NCBI GenBank assembly: GCA_012295275.1
Contig: CM022670.1
Location: 38,254,001-38,318,000, forward strand
Source of the DNA: Chrysomallon squamiferum
Taxonomy: Eukaryota; Animalia; Mollusca
Reading direction: 5' to 3'
Length of the DNA stretch: 64,000 nucleotides
Positions 1 through 13,405 of this stretch are shown here, piece by piece (positions within the stretch are counted from its first letter, which is position 1; each line of letters starts with the position of its first letter). Position numbers and translations under genes: made by a program. Under the pieces are notes generated by a model. The model saw nothing but the letters and a program-made list of their open reading frames with translations, ran no database searches and was not told the origin of the DNA.

Positions 1-652
1 AAATGGGTTAACACACACTAACAATGATTCATATTGACACTACTGATAATAACAAAAATACCATGATATTTATTTTTTTTCCACCAATAAAATAATCTAG
101 AAAATAATTCCAGCTTTTTATCAAACGGAGTCATTTTTACAACTGAGCAAACTTTCGTTTCAGGTTTCACTGAACATCAAAATCAACAGTTTTAAACCTA
201 CGAATAAAATAAAATCAAAATAATTAAACGCGAACCGAAACGATGACAGTTTACAACGTCTGAACACTGAGCTCTGAACAAACAGAATGCGTGGAATGAT
301 AAATGGACAAACACGCAGCTAAATGGATACCACAGATGATGGATGAATGGATGGAACGCACAAGACAGGGAAAGGTTTACCGTGTTCCAATAACTGCTGC
401 TGGTACTGACTGAAATGTGACACAGAATGGACAGTGGTTTACAACAGGCAGGATGAAACGATTGAGACAAAAAAAAAAAAAGTCAATATTATCATAGAGT
501 CCCCTCTCATTGCCTCCAGCACCCCCACGATTTATCATCATTTGACATTCAATAGCTGAAGTCTTGTTTCTGATTTTTTTTTTTTTTTTTTTTTTTTTAT
601 TGTTGTGTTTGTTTGTTGTGGTTAAACATTCTTTTTATGTGTAGGATGAGTT

Positions 653-837
653 ATTCATCAATCCAGACTTCTACTTATTCATTTTTTCTTTCTACATTTC
701 TAACAATCTCTTTCATTCATCCTTTGATCCAGACTTCTAATTATTCATTATTTCTTTCTACATTTCTAACAATCTTTTTTATTCATCCTTTTATCCAGAC
801 TTCTATTTATTCATTATTTCCTTCTACAGTTCTAACA
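653..837. repeat. 66-bp tandem repeat, about 3 copies
   Basis: ATCCAGACTTCTA recurs at 661, 727 and 793; explains the repetitive ORF 613..927. Confidence 0.93.
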
Positions 838-1494
838 GTGTCTGCTAGAACCACTGACATTTCTAGAATGAATAAAAAGTTGGTTAATGATACCTCAATG
901 TTGTACTTTTTCTGCTCGATGTTCTGAAACGTTAATGTGTTTGCTGGTTCACTTGATTATTTGTTTATTAATTTATACAGTCCTTTCTAAGATAGCTCTA
1001 TTTTATTATTTTATTATTAATAATGAATATTACGTATAAGTACAAACATACACACACACATACATACAAACACATTCATACGCATATATTAAAAACGTGT
1101 TTGTAAGTATGTATATATATATATGTGTATGTGTGTCTATATATATATTTATTTAAAAACACAAATATACATACAATCACACATACATACATACATACAT
1201 ACACATATACATTCATACATACCTATCTAAATACATATATAAATAATATAGCACACACATATGCACATTTGTATATATATATATATATATATATACATTC
1301 ATGCCTATGAATATACACATATATATTTACATACATACATATATGCATATATACATACATAAACATACACACAGACACATTTATCTGAGAGAATAAATAC
1401 ACTGTCACTCTTATATTGTTTACACATACCAACAACATCAAGAATTCTTTTTTTTTTTTTTTTTTAACATACACATTCCGAAAATTAATACACT

Positions 1495-1777
1495 TCGCTA
1501 AACCAATCACTGGTAACTGTGGTTGGAATGGGCAAACGGGTCAGTTCGTGGCACCGACGAGCACCGACCCCTTTGACCTTTGAGCTGCTAACTCTCACCC
1601 AGCATCTTCTTGCAGTGTAATTACGACTGCAACGTAACCTGTTTTCTTTTGTTTCTGGTAAAACACGGCTGTGCAGGCTGCGGCCAAGCTTGTGATTGCG
1701 AGATTTGAAGTCATTTGGAACACAGCAGGTAGAAATGAAAGTGGAGACAGCGAGCTGACATAATTCTCGAGACTCTC

Positions 1778-1811
<34 letters not shown>

Positions 1812-1880
1812 CGTTGTGAACATGCAGAGAATCAACGTGGCAGAAATCCAGTCTCCTATAATTAGCGTTCAGACGTTTTT
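1495..1880. promoter_or_regulatory. GC-richer enhancer-like island with a DR1-type site and a 23-bp palindrome
   Basis: TGACCTTTGAGCT (1574-1586); TTGCAGT-GTAATTAC-G-ACTGCAA (1610-1632); CpG retained. Confidence 0.35.
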
Positions 1881-1914
1881 GTTGCAATATGAATGTTGTT
1901 GTTGTTGTTGTTAT

Positions 1915-2270
1915 GTTGATGTTGTTTAGTCTGGTATGATTATTATCAGATATTTGTTTATATAAGATGTCATTAGATATGTTTTTTTTTTTTTTTTTTT
2001 TGATATTATGTTGTTTAATCTGATATGATAATTATTAGATGTTTTAATATCATGTTATTTAATGTCATATCATCATTACTAGAAATTTTTATGTTATTTA
2101 ATCTGATGTGATAATTATTACATTTTTATATCGTGTTATATAATCTGATATAATAATTATACATTTTTATATATTATATAATCTAATATAATTATGAGAC
2201 ATTTACATAAGATGTTATTTGGCATTTTTTTAAATATGATATTATTTAGTCTAATAAATGTTTAAAGATG
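1915..2270. repeat. Degenerate minisatellite, about 40-bp unit (tgttatttaatctgatatgataattattaga...)
   Basis: The motif aatctgat.tgat.attatta recurs several times. Confidence 0.7.
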
Positions 2271-2364
2271 TTACTACAAGGGTTTTTTTAATATATAACA
2301 TCTCAGTATGATAAAAAGGTTTATTAAGTTTTGTTTTTGTAATTATCTGGTATGATTGTTAAGA

Positions 2365-3135
2365 ACAGTATAAAACAAGACAGCACACTACACTACTGAA
2401 TAATACAGTAGAGTACAGTACAATATAATACATGTAACGCAATACACAATACACAACATTGCATTGCATTACAGTATAGACATGTACAATACAATAAATA
2501 CATTACAATGTAAAAATGTATTTCAGAATATAATACAATAGATTATACTACAAAACAGAACAATGCAGTATAATATAGTACAATATATGCAACACAATAT
2601 AGTACAATACAATACAGAACAGTGCAATATAATACAACATAGAACAGTATAAAACACAAAACAGAACAATATAATTTTGTACAGTACACTAGAGAAGAGT
2701 GGCAATATACAATACATAGCATTACAGCACAGTACAGTGCATTACAATATAAAACAGAACAACACCATACAATACAGTACAATACATTACATTACATTAC
2801 AGGATAGAACAGTATAATACATTGCAATAAAGAACAGAATAATACGACACAATACAATATAATTCAATATAATACAATTCATTACGTTACTGTGTATTAC
2901 ACTGTAGTATGTTATAGAACAATATAATTCAATATAATACAATACATTACGTTACTGTGTATTACACTGTAGTATGTTATAGAACAATATAATTCAATAT
3001 AATACAATACATTACATTACTGTGTATTACACTGTAGTATGTTATAGAACAATATAATAAAATATAATACAATACATTACGTTACTGTGTATTACACTGT
3101 AGTATGTTATAGAACAATATAATAAAATAAAGAAC
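2365..3135. repeat. Pentanucleotide (AATAC-type) array ending in a 65-bp higher-order repeat, 4 copies
   Basis: ATTAC(G/A)TTACTGTGTATTACACTGTAGTATGTTATAGAAC starts at 2881, 2946, 3011 and 3076. Confidence 0.93.
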
Positions 3136-3439
3136 AGTGCTGTAGAATTTTTCTAAACTAATGTTATAGTTTCGCGTAAAGGAGTTTTCTAACGTGAGGT
3201 AACGTTTGAAGATTTTGGTTTCTGCTGTTATCATTGCTGCTATTTCTGATCATCATTAACAGGAAAATGGTTACATTAGATGGCAGTTAAAATGATGTAC
3301 AGATCAAATTAGAGAACGTTCCAGTATTAGCGCCTCCCTTTCTTCATCTGTTGATAATTATTTTCATATAAAAATGATTTTCTTTTATGAGATTATTAAA
3401 TCAAAGTGGGAAAAATGAGAAAGAAAAAAACTAATTAGC

Positions 3440-3660
3440 AAGTAAAATAAACAAACTAATAAATAAATGTATAAAGAAACAAACAAATAAATAAATAATA
3501 AAATAAAATAAATAATATTAGCAAATAAAGAAACAAGCTAATAAATAAATGTATAAAGAAAGAAACAAATAAATAAATAAAATAAAATAAAATAATATTA
3601 AATAAATAAAATAAATAAATGAAGAAAATAAACAAATAAACAAACAAACAAATAAAAATC

Positions 3661-3691
<31 letters not shown>

Positions 3692-3725
3692 AAATGGCGG
3701 CAAACAAAGAAACAAACAAACAAGG
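3440..3725. repeat. (AAAT/AAAC)n low-complexity array
   Basis: Read directly; source of spurious F/I/L/Y-rich ORFs. Confidence 0.9.
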
Positions 3726-5648
3726 CTTCTTTCACAATTTTGCAGTTTTAACACAACCATCAAGAAACGAATGCAGGAAGAAATCGTTACTGAAAAATAT
3801 ACTCAAAAGGTGTTTTTCATCCAATTACTGAAGGTATCACTTTCTTGTAATCAACAGGAGCAAAATGTCAAACACCCCCCCGTGCCCCCAGATTATCATA
3901 CCTGTTCCAGCAACACCTGATACTGATAAGTAAATATTTTCTTTTCTTTAACTGAAATCGTAATTCAGAGATAAAAAACTGTACACGTCATGTTTGAAAT
4001 GAGACGTTTCTTTATTTATTTATGTATTTTAACGATTGTTTTCATTTAAAAGAAACTGGATCAAATATAGCGCTTCTGTTTACAAGAGTTTGAAACTAGA
4101 TATGGTGAGAGCGAAAAGGTGAAAACAGTGTGATTGAGTAATAATTAATTACAAAAAAATATTTATGTGTGTCTGTATCTATGTGTGCGTATGTTTGTTC
4201 TCCCTTTGTATATAAGGAAGTATGTAAGTATGTATCCATCTGAATGTGTGTATGTTTACATTTGTGTATTTTTGGTCGTATATATGTATTATGTATGTGT
4301 GTATGTATGTTGTCATGTGCATTTTTTTTTCTCTTTGTATGTGTGAAACATTTATGCATGAAATAACTTTAAAGATAAAGACAAATGTTATACTGTTCTG
4401 TGTATATGTGCATGTAAGTATGTGCGTGTGTGTATGTATGTGTATCTGATTGTATGTGTGATGATCGTCAATATATAAGGAAGTATGTACGTGTGTGTGT
4501 GCGTGTATATATATATATATATATATATATGAGTGTGTATGCATGCATTTTGTATTTTTGTAGGTGTATTTTTGTGTGCATATATATATAAGTATGTATG
4601 TATGTATGTGTGTTTATATGTCTGTCTTGTGTATTTTTATTTCTTTATCTTTGAATGTAAATATATGTATATTTGTGTCTCTTTCTGTATGTCTTTGAGT
4701 GTAAGTGTCGTAATTCTTAGCTGCTTGTACTACATTTTTTAAACCAAGTTTTCTTAATTACTTTTCACGCAAATCAATTCTGTTCTGTATCTTTCATCCT
4801 GCATGCAGTTTAACATTATCACACTAATACAGTTTCTTTTTTAATTATAAAAATATTTCTCCTTTCATGCTTGCTTAGACCTGTAATTTTATGCTTGAAT
4901 TCAAGGCTGAAGAAAAACAAAATTACTTTATATAAAAGAAATAGAAATATTACACGTTACTAAGCTAAAAGGTTTTATCATGTATTAGTAGATGAAGGAC
5001 ATAGCATCATTGCTAAAGATACAATTTTTACAATTTTTATATATTTATTTAAAAATTTAAATAGATTAAAAATTAAATACTGAAAATAAAACCTTGTGGT
5101 AACAGTATGTTCAGTAACAATACGTTTGTAACAACAATTTCAGTAATATTACCTGTGATATCAGTAACTTTAATGAGAGTGTTTTTGTAACAATAATTAT
5201 AATAACAATAACATTAGTAATTTTAATAATAATTTTAAAAATAAAAGAGTAATAAAAATACCTAACTGAAATAACACTAACTCAAATAACTATAACACAG
5301 ATAAATATATATATAACCACCAGTAACAAGAACTTTAAAGACAGAAATCACCTATGTACTATGTAAAGCAAGGAGAGCTTTAGAAAGTTTGAGAATTCTT
5401 GTATCAGATTATTTCAGAGAGTTTATTCTGACATAACCAAACATTACTGTCTCATTATCTAGCATTTTACAGCTAGATACACATTCTAAAACATTATGTG
5501 AATAAAATTACCTTCCCCATTACAAGAAAGAAAAGAAATCATTCTGTTTGAAACAGTGGTTTTGAAAACTGTCTCATTCAAGAAATGTTTTTTTTTTAAA
5601 TTAAAAAATTAAAATAGCTATAAAGAACCAGAACAAGAAGAGAGAACC

Positions 5649-5940
5649 TAATGACCATATATGTGGGGGAAAAAATGATGTTCATATTAAATTCATATTT
5701 TAGCTTAATTAAATTTCTGTGTGTTTAAAAATGATCTCATGAAAAAACGAGAAAAAACTGCAAAACATAAAAAAAACAGCAACAACAAGCAGTCAGAATT
5801 TGTCAATCATATTTATGAGAGAAAGGAAATGCATATTCATAATAAATTATTATTTTAATATCAGAATTTAATGACCATATATAGGAGAAAAAAATTATAT
5901 TCATGTTAAATTATTATTTTAGCTACAATAAATTTCACTG
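5649..5940. repeat. Diverged direct duplication of about 70 bp, 220 bp apart
   Basis: taatgaccatatat...ttcat.ttaaatt...attttagct...taaatttc at 5649-5720 and 5869-5940. Confidence 0.8.
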
Positions 5941-6244
5941 TTTTAGTGTCTGTTTGTGTCAAAGAGTTTTTATCTGATTAATATGTCTAGTTAACAGTTT
6001 ATTACAAATTTATTTCCTGTATTTTAATGTCATAGACTAAGTATTGTAAATCTGTTTAACTTATAAAATTAAGTGTGAACATTATTTGAAGTAATTAAAA
6101 CTGTGATCGAATATTAACTGAGCAAGAAGCAATGGAAATAATCATGTAATTACATTAAGAAGAAAAAAATAGTTCTGTGACCAATTGTTTCTCAGATTTA
6201 GTCTAAGTTACAAAAATTAACAACAAAAAAAAAACTGTTCAAAA

Positions 6245-6650
6245 TATCTTACCTGCTATTGTTATTTACACAAAGTTTATCTAACGTAATTAAGACTAAC
6301 TATTAGCACTAGTATTTTATAGTTGTTATATATTATAAACAAAGTTTAAAGCTTAATTATTAATAAGCATATGGTACCTGGTATTATAATGAACACGTTA
6401 TTTATCTATCATAATTAAGACTAATTAATTAATCAAAGGCATTATTAATCAACGTACGATACCTGGTATTATAACGAACACATAATTAGGACTAATTATT
6501 AATCAAAGGTATTTATTCTGTACACAAAATTTAATTTATATAATTAATTATTAACCACAATATGTTACTTAGTTCTGCAAATTTGAAATTTAATCTCACA
6601 AAACTGTTAATCAAAGAGCCTCACCTGGTATTCCAATGTTCACAAAAAGT
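6245..6650. repeat. Degenerate tandem repeat, 4 units, each starting ACCTG(G/C)TATT
   Basis: Unit starts at 6251, 6376, 6461 and 6623; shared internal motifs taatta(a/g)gactaa and ttaatcaaag. Confidence 0.75.
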
Positions 6651-6753
6651 TGTCACCAAGTTAGGGCCAGAATGACGTCAGATGTCATACATCGAATTAT
6701 CAGTAAATTCCCGTGCTGCTGTTTATTGCAGTAACAAATACATAGCAGTGAGT
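6625..6753 (-). other. Candidate non-coding exon, 129 bp
   Basis: Acceptor tctgctttctctttcag| and donor CAG|GTGAGG; all three frames contain stops. Confidence 0.5.
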
Positions 6754-7121
6754 CTGAAAGAGAAAGCAGACGGTTAAGTGCAAATCCGACTGAATTAGAC
6801 CCGAACCTAACCGAATTATCCTTGATAGCTTTAATGGTTTTGCGTTGGGAATTATTTTATAAGCAATTACACAAAGCGTTGTCGTGGGACACGAGGAGGA
6901 AGAAGATGAAAGAGAAGAAGAAGAAGGTGGTGACAGAAGCAGAAGGAAAAATGAGACGTGCCTGGAAAGAATGTGACGAAAATGGCGTCAACTGTGGAAG
7001 ATGGTTGTCAATGACTCGTGGTTCTAATAAATCAGGCAGACTAAAAACAAACAGAGTTGGATTCTATAAAGTAAAATGGATATTTTGTTATGTTGACTCC
7101 AGCATGTTATGAAGATAATAT

Positions 7122-7305
7122 GCATGTATGTTTGTATGTATGGATGGATGGATGGATGGATGGATGGATGGATGGATGGATGGATGGATGGATGGATGGA
7201 TGGATGTATGTATGTATGTATGTATGTATGTTGTATGTTTATATGTGTGTGTGTATATGTATGTATGTGTGTGTTCATGTATATGTGTATGTGTGTATGT
7301 ATGCG
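7122..7305. repeat. Compound (TGGA)n/(TATG)n microsatellite
   Basis: Perfect TGGA run at about 7141-7205 flanked by TATG/TG repeats. Confidence 0.97.
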
Positions 7306-8954
7306 TTAATATGTATTGATTTTAAACGTATAAGTTTGTATTTTATTTAGTAGAATGAGGAAACAAGAGACTTCAGTTGTAGATGAGGAATTTATGTTAC
7401 TTTCTTTTCAACTAGGGTGAACCTTTAAGGCTATTGCTTTTGACATTAATTTACTTTTATATTTTGTTACATTAATATATATATATATATATATATATAG
7501 ATATCAGTTGTATATATTTTACAGTACATTCTTTGGTGGTGAAATACAATTATTAAAACTTCATTGAGACAGAGTCATTATACCTTTATCTCACACACAG
7601 AAATATATATATATATAGACACATACATACATACACATACATATATATATATATAAACAAGGAATAATATTTTTGAAGTCCTTGGTTTTAGGATATTTAG
7701 ATAGTATTATCAGCTGTATATTTTTAACTATAATTAAAATTAAAGTTCATTCTCTCAATTATTCTATCAATACACCATCAATCCTAAACCACTTTCAAAA
7801 TCTCCTTATCCATTACATTTTCAATGAATCCACAACACATTCAATAATTTGCTAATCTATAATACTTTCTGTGAATCCAGCAACCAAATCCACTAATCTC
7901 TTTTTACTAATTCACAATGATAATGTCCACATTCATTAATCTATCAGACATTCTCTATAAAACTCACTTTAATCTGAAATATCTTTGTTCTTTAATTATA
8001 TCTACAATATTTTCACATTATTTTCACATTCGCTGTCATTTCATTTGCATATAATATCATTAGATTCATATAAATTTCATTGTATTTTAAAATAGCAAAT
8101 CTATTAAAATTGACCTATTCACACTATGTCTACAATATACACAAATTTTGTTAACATAATCTCACGTAATTGGTTCAACAATTTTTTTTTTTTTATATAA
8201 ATATGTAACTAAACAGCAACTAAATTAACAATCTAAATCAGTTTAATACCCACTTTAAACAATACTGGCAAATTCTCTCTCACTTCATTTGCATAACTCC
8301 ACTCAATTTTATTACCATTATTTTAAAATATCAGTTAAGGCAATAGGTCTATTAGCCTATATTAAAGCCTTTTTCCCCCCCTCCAAACTTCATTTGTTCC
8401 CTGTACATACATCACGACATTAACCTCGAAGTTACAGTTTTAAACAGATCACCGAGTATATTTTATCTATCACATACATTATGTATTACACAGGGAACCA
8501 GTACTTCACTACAAAAGCACTGCAGAGTACTGATATATTATTTCAGTGGGAGGCTGGAACGAGGGCAATTTATCCCCAGAGAGAGTCAAATCTGGCACTG
8601 GTCTGTAAACAACTGTCAGTAACTCTCTCAGGTTGGGGACTGAACTTAATTAATTGATATTTGAATAATATTTGCTTTGTACAATATTTATTGCTAGACC
8701 AAAAAAAAAAAAAAAAAAAAAAAAAAAATAATAATAATAAAAAAAAAAAAAATGTTTTTTTTTATTTTTTTTTAAGGATATAGCCAGAAGCAATGAATAT
8801 TATTTACATGGGAATATAGTTTCAAGCATCTGTTGTTGTTATGAAAATGAAGTCTGTTGGAATAAAGATGAGATGAAATTTTTTGAAGTGGAATCTAGAT
8901 TGAAAATTAACTACTGCTGTGCTGAATTCTTGTCTTCAATTGTTGTGTGTTATT

Positions 8955-9185
8955 TAAACAAGGAAGAAAAAAAATATTTTATCTAACAACACGTTTAATC
9001 TACAGTCATAAATAATGACCTAATAAATGAGATTAAAACCCTACAAATAACGGAAGACAAACAAAATCAATGCCTGTTAGCAGCAAGTGTTATTTTATAT
9101 CAACCTTCCCATTAACAGAAAAAACACATACTAAAGCCTTTGATAATCCAGTTGTAGGTCCTGGCTTGCGTGGGAAATAACTTGT
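8955..9185 (+). mobile_element. Decayed copy of an interspersed SINE-like repeat family
   Basis: The core ttagcagcaag...ttttatat.cacc.tccca..acag...acatac...gcctttgataa.ccagt...ctggct recurs in diverged form at 8 or more other places in the window. Confidence 0.7.
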
Positions 9186-10319
9186 TGACTCAGTATACTT
9201 CAAACACGTTATAATTATTGTCTTTTAATCTCATATTTCTGGTACAATATTAATTTTTCAGGTAAACTGGGAAGGTAACTTAAAATGGGTTAAACTTTCT
9301 GGCCAGTCCCCAAACTGTTTTACACTGAACATGAGTAAATATTGTTTAAGCCAGCTAATTTCCTAATCTAAGCAAATCTTGGCTGAGATATTCCAGACTT
9401 CCAGGAGTAATTAACCCTTATTTTTCCCAATCTCTGTTTTATAATTACACTGACTAAACAACTTACACTTAGATTCAAGATTTTGTCTTCTCCTCCAACT
9501 AAATATTAAGGTAACTGGGGTTGAAGAATGGATATTTTTTGTAGTGTTATTCTTTTAGTGGAATGTCAAAGCATGCATTTCATGGAAACAATCTCTGAAT
9601 TTCCTTAAAATAACTCTCTAACATTGTAGATGGTTTCATCACATGTAATAAAGAAGCAAGTTTTTGTTGTTCAGTACATTAAATTGATTCACAATCAGTC
9701 TTAAAATCCATATAACCTAAGTTCACTTTATTTTGGATTATTTCCCATTCCAACCTAGTCCTCAACAATCAAGACTATGATTATACAAAAATAAAAAAGT
9801 TTGTTAAGAGTAGTCTGTGATGTGGTAATGGTAAATATTTTTCTGTTTCATATCATCATCATCATACACAAAAATTATTGATCTTAGTTATCATTATACA
9901 AATATGGCTGACATCATTAAAATACCTTGAAGTCTGAGTAATCAATGGTTATTCATTTACAAGAACATTTATTCAATGAAGTTTATTGACTGACAGGTTA
10001 CTGGAAGCAAAACAAAAATACGATACTGACCAGCAGCAGGACATTGTAGAAAGAGACAAACCAAATATTTATTTTCTAGGTTAACCAGCAGGTTAAAATA
10101 ACAAAGACTGGGGACAGAAATCACAGTCGCAGACAAAATCAAATAACCAGGTCTGTTGGTATTAAAGTCAAGCCTCTGGTATTAATGTGGATGGCAGTGT
10201 GATCACTTCCTTATACCAGATTTATCCACAGTTAATTGAGTGCTGTAAGATGACTGGTTTTTTTTTCTAAAATAAATTATTGAGTAAAGCATTCTTAGGA
10301 AAAAGAGAAGATTTGGGGT

Positions 10320-10431
10320 TCTTTTTGTTTAACAAAACCTTTAAAACATCTTTAATTTGTGGTTATATTACATCATAAATGTTATTAAGGACCATACAAT
10401 TCATGTAAGAAGAAACACAGTGACAGGCCTA

Positions 10432-10465
<34 letters not shown>

Positions 10466-10560
10466 ATTAGCAGAAGGTTATCTCTTAAATGTATCTTTCC
10501 ATAGACAGGAGAAAACAGAGAGTGCAGTCTTTGATAATCAAATAATGAGATGCTAGAAGG
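10320..10560 (+). mobile_element. Decayed copy of the same SINE-like family
   Basis: gtggttatat...taaggaccatac...ctactcttt[polyT]gattagcagaagg...ttccatagacagga...gtctttgataatc. Confidence 0.65.
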
Positions 10561-11032
10561 TGTGTTAAAGAATCACTTCCTGTAAGAGAAGATGGGAAAT
10601 GTGGGATTGATGTAGGTAAAGTCTGATAGACATCATTAAAAAAAACCCAGACTACTAACCAAAGCAGGTTCGTTAATGATCTGTTATGAGTATTACTTGC
10701 ATTTTCTATTTTTAACAGAAGTAGAAACAGACTTTTTACTGACTGACAGGATGTGTCTAGAGAGACAGATCAATATACAAGAAACCCATTTGGAGGTTTT
10801 TTTTTCTAAATGTATCTTTTAAAATACAGTTATAAAATTAATTTTCTTTTTGTAAAATATACTTCAGTTTACAATCAATATTAAATAATCTGTAACAGAA
10901 ATATATTTATAATTCAGCTATCAAATGAGCATACAAAAAAATGTATTTAAAATAAAAAAATAAAAAACGCTTTTTGGATACACAAAACGATTATATAAAA
11001 CATTATTCAATCTTAACAGAAAAGAGAGTGAG

Positions 11033-11067
<35 letters not shown>

Positions 11068-11099
11068 AGCGATAAAAACTTCGAGAGAAGTTTGACCAT

Positions 11100-11620
11100 A
11101 ATTTGTAACCAAAACAACCTGAACTAATGGCGTTATGCAGCCCGTGTGTAAAGTGTGAAGTGTGTGTGTGTGTGTGCTCACTGGATGTGAAAATGCTCTC
11201 TGTTTAGCTGTGTGTGTAATTACATCATCCCCCGGTATACTCCCAACGTGAACCTTGCCAAACTCTTAAGGATGAGCAGGCTGCCATTTTTATTACATTC
11301 TGCGTCACGTGAAGCGTAAGTAACGTCACACTGTCAACGTCACCGGCACGCACACCTGCCATTAATTTCTCATGAGTGTGAGTTCAGTAGGCTAATGTTT
11401 CATTTGGTGAAGAAGAAAAAGAAACAAAGATGAAGAAAAAAAGAAGAAGAAGAAGAAAAAAAAAACACCCATAAAAACCTTCTTAATGCATTAATTTAAA
11501 TGGAATGCAAAAAAGAAATGAAAGATAATAAATACCCGTATTAATGTAACAAAAACGTCTGCTAAATTTGTTTCACTTTTCTCCTATTTGTCTTTCATAT
11601 TTCTATCGTGACGTCATAAT
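11100..11620. promoter_or_regulatory. Enhancer-like island with clustered CRE/ATF sites and E-boxes
   Basis: CGTCA at 11303, 11324 and 11338; CACGTG at 11306-11311; CACCTG at about 11353; full TGACGTCA at 11609-11616. Confidence 0.4.
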
Positions 11621-12944
11621 TTAATTCAAAGCAATCAGCTGTATCATTACTGATTTTTTTTTTTTTTTTTTTTTAGTTATCTTTTTTAAAATGAAAGGAA
11701 TTATTTAAACCGACCAACCACGTTGAAAGGTTGGTTGGTGCTTCATGAAATAAGGTGGAGAACAAACGTCAATTAATAAACAGATAAAGTGTCATTCATT
11801 AAAGATTGAAGCATTAAACCAGAGCTCAGTGAAATATCTCAGAAATCTAGGAGTGGACAGGAACATTAATTAGTGAAGTGGTGTGTGGGAAAGAAGGTTA
11901 TCACACGATTTATATGCTGTTTTATTCCTTATGAAGAACATGCTCAGCTCAACGAAAAATCACTGTCTGGTGATGTCAGAGATTTAACTCAAATCAGGGC
12001 ATTGACAGAATTGTCAGGTAATTGTCAGGAGATTCAATTCAAACATCAGTGTCGTGATAAAACTGAGTAGTAATGTCAGAGTTTTATGTCAAATCAGTGT
12101 CACGACAGAACTGTTTGGTAATACTAAGGCATACTTAAATCTAATTTGGAAATTTCTGTATAAAATTACTAAAAGCATTCCATTTTGATAAAGCATATTT
12201 AAAATTACTGTCTTTCTGGGCATTTCACCACATTTCACAAGGTTCTTTAATAAATGAAGTTTGTCAAGAGTTGAGTAAAAGATCAGAATATCACATACTC
12301 ATCAGTTAAAGCTTTCAACTTGTTTCATATAGCAATTCCATGGGAAGGTTTATATAAAAAATAATTTTCTGCTAAATGGTAAGAATAGCTCAATGTAAAC
12401 ACAAAAAAAATATAATTTCAATAGTCCTCACAATATTATATTATTATACTAAACCCTAATTAACATTAATATTAATTTTAGAAGGCTATTAAAAAAAAAA
12501 CATTCATTAATTTTTCAAAATTAAATACAAAAATATATATATAAAGCAAAGCCATGATCAATAAAAATAAAATGAAGATGTGTTATAATCACTTGAGATA
12601 TAAAAAAAATGACTAATTTAATCTCTCTTCATCATACACAAATATCTTCTATACAAATAGTAATAAAACTCACTCTCACTTGATAGAAAGATGGTATCAG
12701 CTAATACTACCGTCTCATTAACAACAAAACAAAATGGAAGAACACAAAAGCAGCTAATTCCAGCTCTGATTCCATTTGTTCAAACAACTCCAGCAGACGA
12801 TTCTGTAATGTTAACACGTTAAAAGAACGAATCAATCAAACTTGTGAAATGAGCTTTCTTCCAGATCAACAATGTCCGTCTTAGTTGCACAGTTTAGGAA
12901 GCTGATCTAGTCTGACTAATAGTGTTAGTGTGTTAGATAGTTAG

Positions 12945-13405
12945 CTACATGATCTTGGACAGGGTATAGTGGTCTTAGAAGATGCTATGTGGCCTTAGAC
13001 AATGTTTAATGATCTTAGACTGCTTAGTGGTCTTAGATGATGTTTAGTGATATTAAGCAATGTTTAGTGATCTTAAATAATGTTTATGTTTATTGACCTT
13101 AGATAATGTTTATTGATCTTAGACAACGTTTATTGATCTTAAACAATGTTTATGTTTATTGATTTTAGTCAGTGTTTAGTGGTCTTAGACAATGTTTAAT
13201 AGTCTTTAACATAATAGTCTTAGTCTGGTTTAGTGATCTTATTCTGGGCATAATGGTATTAGAGAGTGCACAGTTATCTTAGACTGCAGGTAGCGTAGTC
13301 TTTGAGTTAGTATTTTGTCTTAGACTGGGCATACTGGTATTAAGCTGACTACTTTGGTCTTAAACTGGATATAATAATCTTAGACTGCGCATAGAGGTCT
13401 TGAAC
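12945..13405. repeat. Degenerate minisatellite, about 20-bp unit (gtgatcttagacaatgttta)
   Basis: (g/a)tcttaga recurs roughly every 20 bp for about 450 bp. Confidence 0.88.

Noticed and set aside
143-170. Partial resemblance to miR-87, and seed-only matches to miR-34 (10192), miR-124 (33323) and miR-8 (40433)
   Set aside because: Only seed or partial identity, and no supporting pre-miRNA hairpin visible.
303-413. 36-codon plus-strand ORF MDKHAAKWIPQMMDEWMERTRQGKVYRVPITAAGTD
   Set aside because: Short, partly built on TGGA repeats, with no splice or homology support.
11712-11740. ACCAACCA...TGGTTGGT 8-bp hairpin
   Set aside because: A stem this short is expected by chance in 64 kb.
12945-13405. 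Regularly spaced repeats that superficially suggest a CRISPR array (also 16730-17400 and 35775-36190)
   Set aside because: Units are degenerate tandem copies without unique spacers, the context is eukaryotic, and no cas genes are present.
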